Positions 10,276 through 18,459 of a DNA stretch of 36,385 nucleotides are shown here, one piece after another. Within the stretch, counting starts at the first letter, position 1. Every line of letters begins with the position of its first letter. Source of the stretch: a candidate division WS6 bacterium GW2011_GWE2_33_157 (GTDB lineage Bacteria; Patescibacteriota; Dojkabacteria; SC72). The notes below the pieces were generated by a model that saw only the letters and a program-made list of their open reading frames with translations, was not told the origin of the DNA and made no database searches. The stretch covers positions 1-36,385 of the forward strand of contig LBOT01000002.1 of assembly GCA_000989675.1 (NCBI GenBank). Direction: 5' to 3'. Position numbers and translations under genes: made by a program.

Positions 10276-11013
10276 ATGGCAAGAATAGACTTAAAGCAAT
10301 CCAGTGGATTGCCTATTTTTTACAGTGGAGAGGATCTTCAGCCCCAAGGATTATCTGTATCAAGCATATCAACAATATGCATTGATGAAATACGCTCCCA
10401 ACTACTTAATGAAGACCTCAATTGTCCAGAAGTTTTCTATAAAAAATATAAGGATTTAGATAAAGATAGTGTTTTCAAGGACAAAAACCTAAGAATTAAT
10501 GTTTATCTTATTTTCCCAAATCTAGCAGGAATTGAATATTCAAAAACATTTGCTACAAGATGTAAAAACTACCCTCGTATCTTTGAAATAATTTATGGAG
10601 GGGGTGTTATTCTATTACAAAAATATGACTCCCCTATCAAGAACAGAGTGATAAAGATGGTTGTTAAGAAAGGACAAAAAGTAATAGTACCACAAGGATA
10701 TACAAGCACTATAGTAAACTCAAGACAAAATTCGAACCTTATTGTACTTGAATTACACTCAAGAGATGCTTCCCCAAGAATTGTCCTTGATGAGCATAAG
10801 GGAATGTCCTATTATATAATCAGAAAGAATGCTAAACAGGAAACTGTACGTAACCCAGAATACAAAATAGTTAACGAACCAGAAAAACTCAACTCTGATA
10901 CCATTCTATCCAAATACGGTGTTACACCAAAAACACCAATCGTAAAACAAGTAATGAGAAAATATGAGAAATTTGAATGGCTTTTTAAAGATACTCCTCC
11001 TATCGATATATAG
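10276..11013 (+). CDS. Cupin-type (archaeal-like) glucose-6-phosphate isomerase homolog, metal ligands degenerate
   Basis: LRINVYLIFPNLAGIEYSKT...IFEIIYGGGVILLQ...GQKVIVPQGY..TIVN follows the cupin PGI pattern but has no His ligands. Confidence 0.65.
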   Translation: MARIDLKQSSGLPIFYSGEDLQPQGLSVSSISTICIDEIRSQLLNEDLNCPEVFYKKYKDLDKDSVFKDKNLRINVYLIFPNLAGIEYSKTFATRCKNYPRIFEIIYGGGVILLQKYDSPIKNRVIKMVVKKGQKVIVPQGYTSTIVNSRQNSNLIVLELHSRDASPRIVLDEHKGMSYYIIRKNAKQETVRNPEYKIVNEPEKLNSDTILSKYGVTPKTPIVKQVMRKYEKFEWLFKDTPPIDI

Positions 11014-12841
11014 CATACTCTTTTCAACCTTTTTCTTTTCTAATTCAGTATTTGCTCAACAAGGATTTCAAGTATACTCAGACTTTTACTATATATGGCA
11101 TGAAGATTATGTCGATTCAACTATATATCTCACAATTACAACAGATGGTAGTTCTAGAGCAATCACCTACTATACAATAACTATACCCGATGAAAATATT
11201 GTCCCTGAGATATATTCAATAAACAGAGATACAAAATTAGATCCAACTATTCATAGAAGAACTTCTGCAACGGATATTGTTGTCGACCTTGATAATTTAC
11301 TCTTAACAAATTCTAAACCTATTACATTAAAAATAACATTTAAAACTCCAGTAAGTGACAAACAGCTCTCTTTAATATCCTCTGTTACAAACACCACTAC
11401 TAGGACATTTAGTTTTACATATCCAAGTTCCAAAGGAGAAATTACTTGGATCTCTGCTCCAATACAAAATATTAAGAGTGTTGGTGATAGTACAGAAGTA
11501 ATTACAACACCTCAAGAAACAAATAGGGTTAATCTGGCATTTGGAGAAGAAATTTTATATAAATTTCAAATAAATAGAAATTTAACAAATAGTGGTGATC
11601 AAATCATATCCTCTGAAATATCTCTTCCACTTAATAATAATAAACAACACATTGTAATTGAGAAAGTGTTACCACAACCAGATAAAAGTTATAAAGATAG
11701 GGATGATAATTACATACTACAATATGAAGTAGCACCACAAAGTAATATAGAGGTGTCTGTTGAAGGGTATCTACTAATGAGTAAATCAACATACGATATT
11801 TCATATCCAGATATAGAAAATTTTGCCCTTTGGGAAATTAAGGATGATTCGTTAAAAAGACACATAAATAGATACTTAAAAGAATATGGTTTAAATATTT
11901 CCGAAAGTTTTTCAAAAATTGATGAATTAACAACAGAAGCAGAGTATGAAGTACTTTATAAAGGTATTTACCAGTATGTAATTACAAATCTAGAACCAAA
12001 CACTCTTACACTAGGCTCTCTTTCAGGTTCTGAACGAATTGGTGGACAACAGGTATTAATAAATCAATCTGTATCTACAAGTGAAGACTATGCAGATGCA
12101 ATAATCTCTCTATATAGATATCACAATATTCCAGCAAGATTAGTAATTGGGTATGTAACTAACATATCACAACACAACTCAGAGGATATATACCACTACT
12201 GGGCAGAATACTATGATAAAACAAAGAAAGATTGGATTCTTGTAGATCCTTTCTTAGAAGATTTCTCTAAAATATCACTCTGGGGTAGAGATATGCCAGA
12301 CCATATATCACTAATATATAGGAATAGTAACCCTAATTCACCAAAGCTCTTCTATTTTACTAAGGAAGATTTTAGCGTAGAAATAGAGAAAGGGATACCA
12401 GAAATAACATATGAATTTGATGCCGATTTCTCATTTACTCCATATAAATTACTTGACCCTTACCTTCAGGGTTCCATTACATTATCAAATAAAGGAAATA
12501 CAATCCTAGACTCATTCTTAATAACAAAATCTAATCCTGAAATAGATAAATATATTGACTATATTGAAAATAACAACCAAGTTGCACTATTACCTGGTCA
12601 GACATATCAAATAAAATTCAATATACCTTCAAATAAAGTTGAGTCAAATATCTTTGCTGTGATAGAAGCATCTAGTGGTACAGAGGTAACTGAAGGAAAA
12701 TATATTGAAAAAGAGATATCATTAATAGATGATAATAACAATCTTAAAATATTCTCAAAATTACTCTCAATATTATTATTCTTCATATCTGCAATTCCTA
12801 TATATTACCTTATAAGGAAATTAGAAAAAAAGAATGGATAA
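10964..12841 (+). CDS. Secreted, C-terminally anchored transglutaminase-like domain protein
   Basis: Signal peptide (SVFA-QQ), core TSEDYADAIISLYRYHNIPARLVIGY...HYWAEYY...WILVDP and a C-terminal TM. Confidence 0.85.
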   Translation: MRNLNGFLKILLLSIYSILFSTFFFSNSVFAQQGFQVYSDFYYIWHEDYVDSTIYLTITTDGSSRAITYYTITIPDENIVPEIYSINRDTKLDPTIHRRTSATDIVVDLDNLLLTNSKPITLKITFKTPVSDKQLSLISSVTNTTTRTFSFTYPSSKGEITWISAPIQNIKSVGDSTEVITTPQETNRVNLAFGEEILYKFQINRNLTNSGDQIISSEISLPLNNNKQHIVIEKVLPQPDKSYKDRDDNYILQYEVAPQSNIEVSVEGYLLMSKSTYDISYPDIENFALWEIKDDSLKRHINRYLKEYGLNISESFSKIDELTTEAEYEVLYKGIYQYVITNLEPNTLTLGSLSGSERIGGQQVLINQSVSTSEDYADAIISLYRYHNIPARLVIGYVTNISQHNSEDIYHYWAEYYDKTKKDWILVDPFLEDFSKISLWGRDMPDHISLIYRNSNPNSPKLFYFTKEDFSVEIEKGIPEITYEFDADFSFTPYKLLDPYLQGSITLSNKGNTILDSFLITKSNPEIDKYIDYIENNNQVALLPGQTYQIKFNIPSNKVESNIFAVIEASSGTEVTEGKYIEKEISLIDDNNNLKIFSKLLSILLFFISAIPIYYLIRKLEKKNG

Positions 12842-13250
12842 CCAAGTAATAATCACAATTATAATTCTCCTTTTAGTATCCCTACTCTTTGTTGTCGCCT
12901 ACATTAACAGTAAACGGATACCTGAAAAGAGAAAAGATAGAATATTTAAAAAATTAGATGATTTAAAAGATCAAATAAAGGATGGGGATACATTTGCAAT
13001 GAGAGATGCTGTAATTAGATTAGACAATTTACTTAGTAAGGCATTACAGATAAAATACAGAAATGAAAATAGCTGTGGAGATAATCTTAAATTAGCTCGT
13101 AAGCTTTTCAATAAAACAAACTATCAACAACTCTGGGATGTACATAAGTTAAGAAACGATATCGTACATAGCGATAAGAGTGTAACAGAACAAGATGCTT
13201 CAGAAGCATATGATATATATAAAATGGGAATAAACAAGATATTAAGATGA
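12834..13250 (+). CDS. N-terminal TM + HEPN/DUF4145-like helical protein
   Basis: Hydrophobic N-terminal helix, all-alpha body and R-x4-H motif (LRNDIVH). Overlaps the upstream gene by 8 nt. Confidence 0.65.
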   Translation: MDNQVIITIIILLLVSLLFVVAYINSKRIPEKRKDRIFKKLDDLKDQIKDGDTFAMRDAVIRLDNLLSKALQIKYRNENSCGDNLKLARKLFNKTNYQQLWDVHKLRNDIVHSDKSVTEQDASEAYDIYKMGINKILR

Positions 13251-13858
13251 AAATGTTAAAAACAATTACCTTACTAATAACGATAATAATATTTGTATCT
13301 CCAGTTTATGCACAAGAGTTTGAGATTGAAGATGTTACTCAAAGTACTGTAGTTGAAGATGAAGATAATAATACTGTTAAGAGTACCAATAGTTACTTTG
13401 AGTTAGAATTAAAGAGAGGGGTACAAAATCCACTAAATAAGGAAATTCCTCTTACTTTGTATATAACTCCTAAAATTGACTCCCCAAAGACACAAATACT
13501 TTGGAACATACCTTCAACATTTGGTGTAGATATTAAACACAGCGAATTTGTTGATTTAAATAAGGATCAAACATACTCTTTTTCAATCGATGTTAAACCT
13601 GAAAGAACAGGCTCATATGGAATCTCTGTAAACGTAATATCATGGCAATTTGATACAAATTTAACAAATACTGTTAGCTCGACAATAACATTAAGTAAAA
13701 GTCTAATTGTACAACCAGTAGATCCAGAATTTACACTAATCTCATTATTACTTCTACTTGCATTCCTATTAGTTTCAGGAATAGGAATATACCTTTTAGT
13801 AAAAATATCTAAGAAATTATTAATAAAATTGAAAATATGGCTTACTCCTCCCGTTTAA
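13247..13858 (+). CDS. Hypothetical surface protein (signal peptide, beta-rich Ig-like domain, C-terminal TM)
   Basis: Signal peptide (VYA-QE), beta-strand pattern, C-terminal TM followed by a Lys-rich tail. ATGA overlap with the upstream gene. Confidence 0.75.
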   Translation: MKMLKTITLLITIIIFVSPVYAQEFEIEDVTQSTVVEDEDNNTVKSTNSYFELELKRGVQNPLNKEIPLTLYITPKIDSPKTQILWNIPSTFGVDIKHSEFVDLNKDQTYSFSIDVKPERTGSYGISVNVISWQFDTNLTNTVSSTITLSKSLIVQPVDPEFTLISLLLLLAFLLVSGIGIYLLVKISKKLLIKLKIWLTPPV

Positions 13859-14153
13859 GGAGTGATAGTAGCTCTTTTATATCTCTTTCTAATTCATTTT
13901 GCTTACTTTGAATTTTTTCTAAATACTCCTGTGTTAAACTATCTTTTGTTGGAGAAGATATAAAGTAATCAATAGGTCTACCAAGTACATCTCCTAATCT
14001 TTTTAGTAATTCTAGATTGGGATATGATCTTCCAGTCTCATATGAACTAATTGTCTTATCTGATAACCCAACACTTAAACCGAGACCTCTTTGAGATAAC
14101 CTCTTTTCTTCTCTAAGTTTCTTTAATTTTAACCCAAATTCTTTAATAGACAT
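13842..14153 (-). CDS. XRE-family HTH transcriptional regulator
   Basis: KLKKLREEKRLSQRGLG...TISSYETGRSYP and a C-terminal coiled coil. Confidence 0.92.
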   Translation of the reverse strand: MSIKEFGLKLKKLREEKRLSQRGLGLSVGLSDKTISSYETGRSYPNLELLKRLGDVLGRPIDYFISSPTKDSLTQEYLEKIQSKQNELERDIKELLSLLKREE

Positions 14154-14702
14154 CTACTTTACAAACAGTTCAATTAAATCCTTAATACTTTCCTTTAATC
14201 CCTTTCTCTTTTCACTCTGAGATCTTTTCTCCATATTTGAATTGAAAACATCAAACCCTGCTTCATACTTCTCAATCTTAGATGGTAAATCATATGGATT
14301 TTTAACTTGTTCTCTTAGCTCTAAGATAATGGCATTCTTTTCATTTAACAGATTTTGAGATTGACTAATTTCAGATTTGTAATCATCTATACCTTGTACT
14401 AACTTTTTTTCCGTTATCCTTAAATCTCTTAATTCAGATTCAAGACCAGGTACCTTAGAGGAATTTTCAATAATCTTCTTGTGCTCTTCTGATTTAAGCA
14501 ATTTAATTCTAATTTCATTCTCCTCTAAAACACCATACTTGTAATATGCTAATTCTCTACTACTAGGCTTTCTACCTAATACCTCGTCATATACAGCCTC
14601 AATCATTGGAACTCTTTCTGATGGAGAATCTCTAAATGAACGACTTTGTCCACTACTAAAATCGTCACTCTTTTCTTTAAAAATATCCTCTGCATTTAAC
14701 AT
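14154..14702 (-). CDS. Hypothetical coiled-coil protein with a DUF4214-like motif
   Basis: AVYDEVLGRKPSSRELAYY...LLKSEEH followed by heptad repeats. Its stop codon abuts the XRE ATG. Confidence 0.65.
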   Translation of the reverse strand: MLNAEDIFKEKSDDFSSGQSRSFRDSPSERVPMIEAVYDEVLGRKPSSRELAYYKYGVLEENEIRIKLLKSEEHKKIIENSSKVPGLESELRDLRITEKKLVQGIDDYKSEISQSQNLLNEKNAIILELREQVKNPYDLPSKIEKYEAGFDVFNSNMEKRSQSEKRKGLKESIKDLIELFVK

Positions 14703-14741
14703 ATCTAATTATACCGTAAATACAAGGAAAAATCAGTAAAA

Positions 14742-14814
14742 AGCGGGAGACGGGACTCGAACCCGCAACCCTCTGTTTGGAAAACAGACATTCTAACCAT
14801 TGAACTACTCCCGC
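14742..14814 (-). tRNA. tRNA-Gly(UCC)
   Basis: Acceptor GCGGGAG/CTCCCGC, anticodon arm TCTGT-TT-TCC-AA-ACAGA, T-loop TTCGAGT. No encoded CCA. Confidence 0.95.
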
Positions 14815-14826
14815 AATTAGTTAATT

Positions 14827-15246
14827 CTACTCTGCACTATCCTCTTTTTCAACAGCCTCTCCCTCTACAGGAACTTCTATTTCATCAGTCATATATACAT
14901 CCTTAATATTGTCTATCTTTAATGCTCTTCTTCCAATTCTCTCTCTAAGGAAGAACAATTTAGATTTCTTTACTGTACCTCTTTTAACAATCTCGATCTT
15001 TTCTAACAGATTTGAGTTAAAAGGAACTATTCTTTCTACACCTACTCCGTAAGATATCTTTCTTACTGTTAAGGTTTTACCTAAGCCAGATCCTTTAATA
15101 GAGATAACTACACCAGTAAAAATCTGTATTCTCTCTTTGTTACCCTCTTTAATTTTTAAATGTAACTTCACAGTATCCCCAACCCTTACTAAAGGTCTTT
15201 TTTTGTACTGATCCTTTTCAACTGTGTTAATAATGTTAATATCCAT
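14827..15246 (-). CDS. rplS: 50S ribosomal protein L19
   Basis: VRVGDTVKLH.KIKEGNKERIQIFTGVVI...TLTVRKISYGVGVERI. Confidence 0.97.
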   Translation of the reverse strand: MDINIINTVEKDQYKKRPLVRVGDTVKLHLKIKEGNKERIQIFTGVVISIKGSGLGKTLTVRKISYGVGVERIVPFNSNLLEKIEIVKRGTVKKSKLFFLRERIGRRALKIDNIKDVYMTDEIEVPVEGEAVEKEDSAE

Positions 15247-15332
15247 AGCTATTCTTTTAAAATATAATATCTGCAGTCCGTATTATAGAATAAATTCTTA
15301 AAATATGCCACAATATACAATCAAAAACTGCC

Positions 15333-16868
15333 ATGGACAATAAAAGAAAGGTATTACTCATAATATTAGATGGACTTGGTGCTGCACCTGCAAGTAAAGG
15401 AAATGCTGTAGTTTTGTCTAATCCACAACATTTATCCAAACTTTGGAGTACATGCCCTCATACATATTTACTAGCATCTGGTGAGGCTGTAGGACTTCCA
15501 AACAACGTAAAAGGTAACAGTGAAGTAGGTCATATGAATATTGGAGCAGGAAGAGTTGTAATGCAAACCTTACCAAGAATAAATCATAATATTAAAAGTG
15601 GTCTTTTCTTTAACAACAATATTCTACTTAACGCATTACAATACTCTAAAAAAGCTAATTCCAGAGTACATCTAATAGCTCTTGCTAGTGATGGAGGCGT
15701 ACATTCCCATATTAATCACATACTTTCAACTGTAGAATTCTTTTCTAAAAACAACTTTCAAGGAGAACTTTTTATACATGCTCTTACTGATGGAAGAGAT
15801 ACTCCAACGAATGATGCCATTAGAAACTTAGATATTTTACAAAACTGCTTAAATCAAAATGGTATTGGGAAGATTGCAACTCTCTGTGGAAGAGTATGGG
15901 GTATGGATAGAAACAAAAATTGGGAAAGAACAAAGAAAGCATATGACCTTCTTACACAAAATATTGGAAATAGATGCAGTTCATACAAAGAGTGTTTACT
16001 TGACTCTTACTCAAGAAAGATATCGGATGAATTTATATCACCGACTGTATTAGTAGAAGACAGTAATATAAAGAAAGGAGATACCGTACTTTTTCTAAAT
16101 TTTAGACCAGATAGGGCTTTACAACTAACACAAGCTTTAATTGATACTGAGTTTGATGAATTCCAAAGACAAGATATATACCCAATATATTTTGCAAGTA
16201 TGGTTGAATATAGAAAGAACTTCCCACAAAAAGTACTATTCCCTAAACAATATATATCTCTACCACTAGGAAACATTATTGCATCACACGGTATGAGACA
16301 GTTAAGAATAGCCGAATCAGAAAAATTCCCTCATGTAACATACTTCTTTAATGGTGGAACAAATGTAAAGTACAGTGGAGAAGATAGGATAGAGATACAA
16401 TCTCCTCAAGTACCAACATATGATTTACAACCAGAAATGAGTGCACTTAAAATGACAGATACCCTTATTAAAAGAATACAAGAAAACATATATGACTTTA
16501 CTGTTGTTAATTTTGCAAATCCTGATATGGTTGGACATACAGGAAATATAGAAGCCACGATAAGGGCTGTATCAACAGTAGACGAGTGTGTAAACAGGTT
16601 GGTACAGGAGTTTACAGCAAGAGGGGGAGTCGTAATCATTACTGCAGATCATGGAAATGCAGAAGAGCTAATAAATATTGATACTGATGAAATGGATACT
16701 GAACATTCATATAACCCAGTGCCCTTAATAATTGCAGGTATACAAATGAACTCCATAAAACTCAAATATGGCTCTCTAAGAGATATAAGTCCAACAATAC
16801 TAGACTTAATTGGAATACCAACTACGCCTGAAATGACTGGATCTTCCTTACTTGGTACCTTTTCTTAA
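15333..16868 (+). CDS. gpmI: 2,3-bisphosphoglycerate-independent phosphoglycerate mutase
   Basis: LIILDGLG, GNSEVGHMNIGAGR, DGGVHSH, TDGRDT, NPDMVGHTG and TADHGNAE. Confidence 0.97.
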   Translation: MDNKRKVLLIILDGLGAAPASKGNAVVLSNPQHLSKLWSTCPHTYLLASGEAVGLPNNVKGNSEVGHMNIGAGRVVMQTLPRINHNIKSGLFFNNNILLNALQYSKKANSRVHLIALASDGGVHSHINHILSTVEFFSKNNFQGELFIHALTDGRDTPTNDAIRNLDILQNCLNQNGIGKIATLCGRVWGMDRNKNWERTKKAYDLLTQNIGNRCSSYKECLLDSYSRKISDEFISPTVLVEDSNIKKGDTVLFLNFRPDRALQLTQALIDTEFDEFQRQDIYPIYFASMVEYRKNFPQKVLFPKQYISLPLGNIIASHGMRQLRIAESEKFPHVTYFFNGGTNVKYSGEDRIEIQSPQVPTYDLQPEMSALKMTDTLIKRIQENIYDFTVVNFANPDMVGHTGNIEATIRAVSTVDECVNRLVQEFTARGGVVIITADHGNAEELINIDTDEMDTEHSYNPVPLIIAGIQMNSIKLKYGSLRDISPTILDLIGIPTTPEMTGSSLLGTFS

Positions 16869-17474
16869 CCTTTTGTATATTCCTCTCCCTATATATAAAA
16901 CTACTACAGCTATTAATAATACTAATATTGCATCTTCATACTTTGATACCCATTGACCAACTACTTCCCAACTCCCACCTAGCACATACCCCGTATATGC
17001 CAGAACAGAATTCCATACTAAAGACCCTAGTAAGGTATATATACTAAATATTCCAAAATGCATTTTTGAAACTCCTGCTGGAAAAGATATTAATGTTCTC
17101 ACTATTGGTATTAACCTACCTAAGAACACAATACTATTTCCTCTCTTTTCGAATAGTTTAAATGTATTATCTACATGTGATTTCTCAATGAAAAGATACT
17201 TACCATACCTATTCAAAAACTTAACAAAAAAATCCTCACCTAACCTTCCAATTAAATAAAATGGTAAAGAACCTAAATATGCAGCTACAGTAGCTACAAC
17301 TATTACCACATATATATTCATATGACCAAGTGATGCTACAAAACCAGAGAATGGTAATATTATCTCGCTAGGAATAGGAGCAAAGAAACTCTCAATAAAC
17401 ACAGAGATAAATACTCCCGTATATCCAAATCTTGTAATAATATCTACGAGCCAATCAATAAAAATGGTAATCAT
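16848..17474 (-). CDS. DedA family membrane protein
   Basis: IESFFAPIPSEIILPFSG and GRLIPIVRTLISFPAG. Confidence 0.93.
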   Translation of the reverse strand: MITIFIDWLVDIITRFGYTGVFISVFIESFFAPIPSEIILPFSGFVASLGHMNIYVVIVVATVAAYLGSLPFYLIGRLGEDFFVKFLNRYGKYLFIEKSHVDNTFKLFEKRGNSIVFLGRLIPIVRTLISFPAGVSKMHFGIFSIYTLLGSLVWNSVLAYTGYVLGGSWEVVGQWVSKYEDAILVLLIAVVVLYIGRGIYKRLRKGTK

Positions 17475-17491
17475 AAGTGTTTAGTTAAATA

Positions 17492-18025
17492 TTACTCTTC
17501 AGATGATATATTAAATATTACTGTATTACCAACCCCCACCCTATTACTTAAACAGAAATTACCATTTACTTCTAATACATATTTAAATGGTTTCTCAGAT
17601 AATATATTAAGACAGTAATCAGATTCACAAATAGAAAGATTCTCTTTAATATCAACAACATAACCTCTTGAATCTATAAATATCATATCTAATGTAATAT
17701 ACATATCTTTCATCCAAAAAGGTGAAATATCCTCCTCATCCATTATAAACAACATACCATTGTACTCTCCCAGTTCTTTTCTCCCAGATAGCCCATTACT
17801 TCTTGCAAGTACTGTATCAGCAAGTTCAACATTTACAATAATAGTTTTACCATCACTATTAAATATCTCTACTGTATTATCTTTGTTAATCACTTCTTCC
17901 TCGTTCTGCTCTTTGTTCACATCATCTGAAAGCTTAATATCGAATATAGAGAATTTGTTTTGTATAAAGTAGAAAATTGATACTACTAAGAGTATGTATA
18001 AAATCAATTTTAATTGGCTATTCAT
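17492..18025 (-). CDS. DUF192 family protein with N-terminal anchor
   Basis: VELADT..ARSNGLSGR, GMLF, FWMKDMYITLDMIFID and YVLEVNG. Confidence 0.9.
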   Translation of the reverse strand: MNSQLKLILYILLVVSIFYFIQNKFSIFDIKLSDDVNKEQNEEEVINKDNTVEIFNSDGKTIIVNVELADTVLARSNGLSGRKELGEYNGMLFIMDEEDISPFWMKDMYITLDMIFIDSRGYVVDIKENLSICESDYCLNILSEKPFKYVLEVNGNFCLSNRVGVGNTVIFNISSEE

Positions 18026-18075
18026 ATTAATAAATAATATATAAATAAAATAGTATTCTCAAGCTACATAAGGTA

Positions 18076-18104
18076 TTGCTTAAATAGAATAGTAGTAATA
18101 TAAT
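18076..18104 (+). promoter_or_regulatory. Sigma70-type promoter for the small-peptide locus
   Basis: TTGCTT (18076-18081), 17-nt spacer, TATAAT (18099-18104). Confidence 0.7.
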
Positions 18105-18201
18105 GCTCAGTTCTTTCAAAAGACAATGTGATAAGGATTTTTTTATCATTCACACTGCTTAAAATAGCGTGTTTTAGAATTCATTCCTAAAGGAGGATGA
18201 A

Positions 18202-18312
18202 ATGGGAATACCAAGAATAAGTGATATTGAGAAAAAAGCTTTTGTAGTTTTACTAAAGATGTTCGCAGGTTCATTTCTACTTATACTGTTCCTTAAGGTT
18301 CTTTTCGGTTAG
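18202..18312 (+). CDS. 36-aa hydrophobic peptide (type I toxin-like), not in the ORF track
   Basis: AGGAGG at 18191-18196, 5 nt before the ATG. MGIPRISDIEKKAFVVLLKMFAGSFLLILFLKVLFG* has one TM-length hydrophobic stretch. Confidence 0.7.
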   Translation: MGIPRISDIEKKAFVVLLKMFAGSFLLILFLKVLFG

Positions 18313-18324
18313 TTTCTTTCAAAT

Positions 18325-18365
18325 CCAAGTCTGGTAACTAGACAATCTATTTTTACCAGACTTGG
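18325..18365. other. Strong stem-loop downstream of the small ORF
   Basis: Perfect 13-bp inverted repeat CCAAGTCTGGTAA (18325-18337) / TTACCAGACTTGG (18353-18365), with an inner TAGA/TCTA stem. Confidence 0.75.
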
Positions 18366-18399
18366 TACCTCTTTAAAACACGCTATATTTTTCCAATAA

Positions 18400-18428
18400 T
18401 AGACAATCAAAAATATATAATGTACAAT
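18400..18428 (+). promoter_or_regulatory. Sigma70-type promoter for the helicase gene
   Basis: TAGACA (18400-18405), 17-nt spacer, TACAAT (18423-18428). Confidence 0.55.
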
Positions 18429-18459
18429 GCAGACGCCATAAATTTGCATTTTAAAATAT

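Noticed and set aside
14742-14770. Near-identical sequence to 34199-34224 as att sites of a large element or inversion
   Set aside because: Both are 3' halves of complete tRNA-Gly isoacceptors, so paralogy explains the match.
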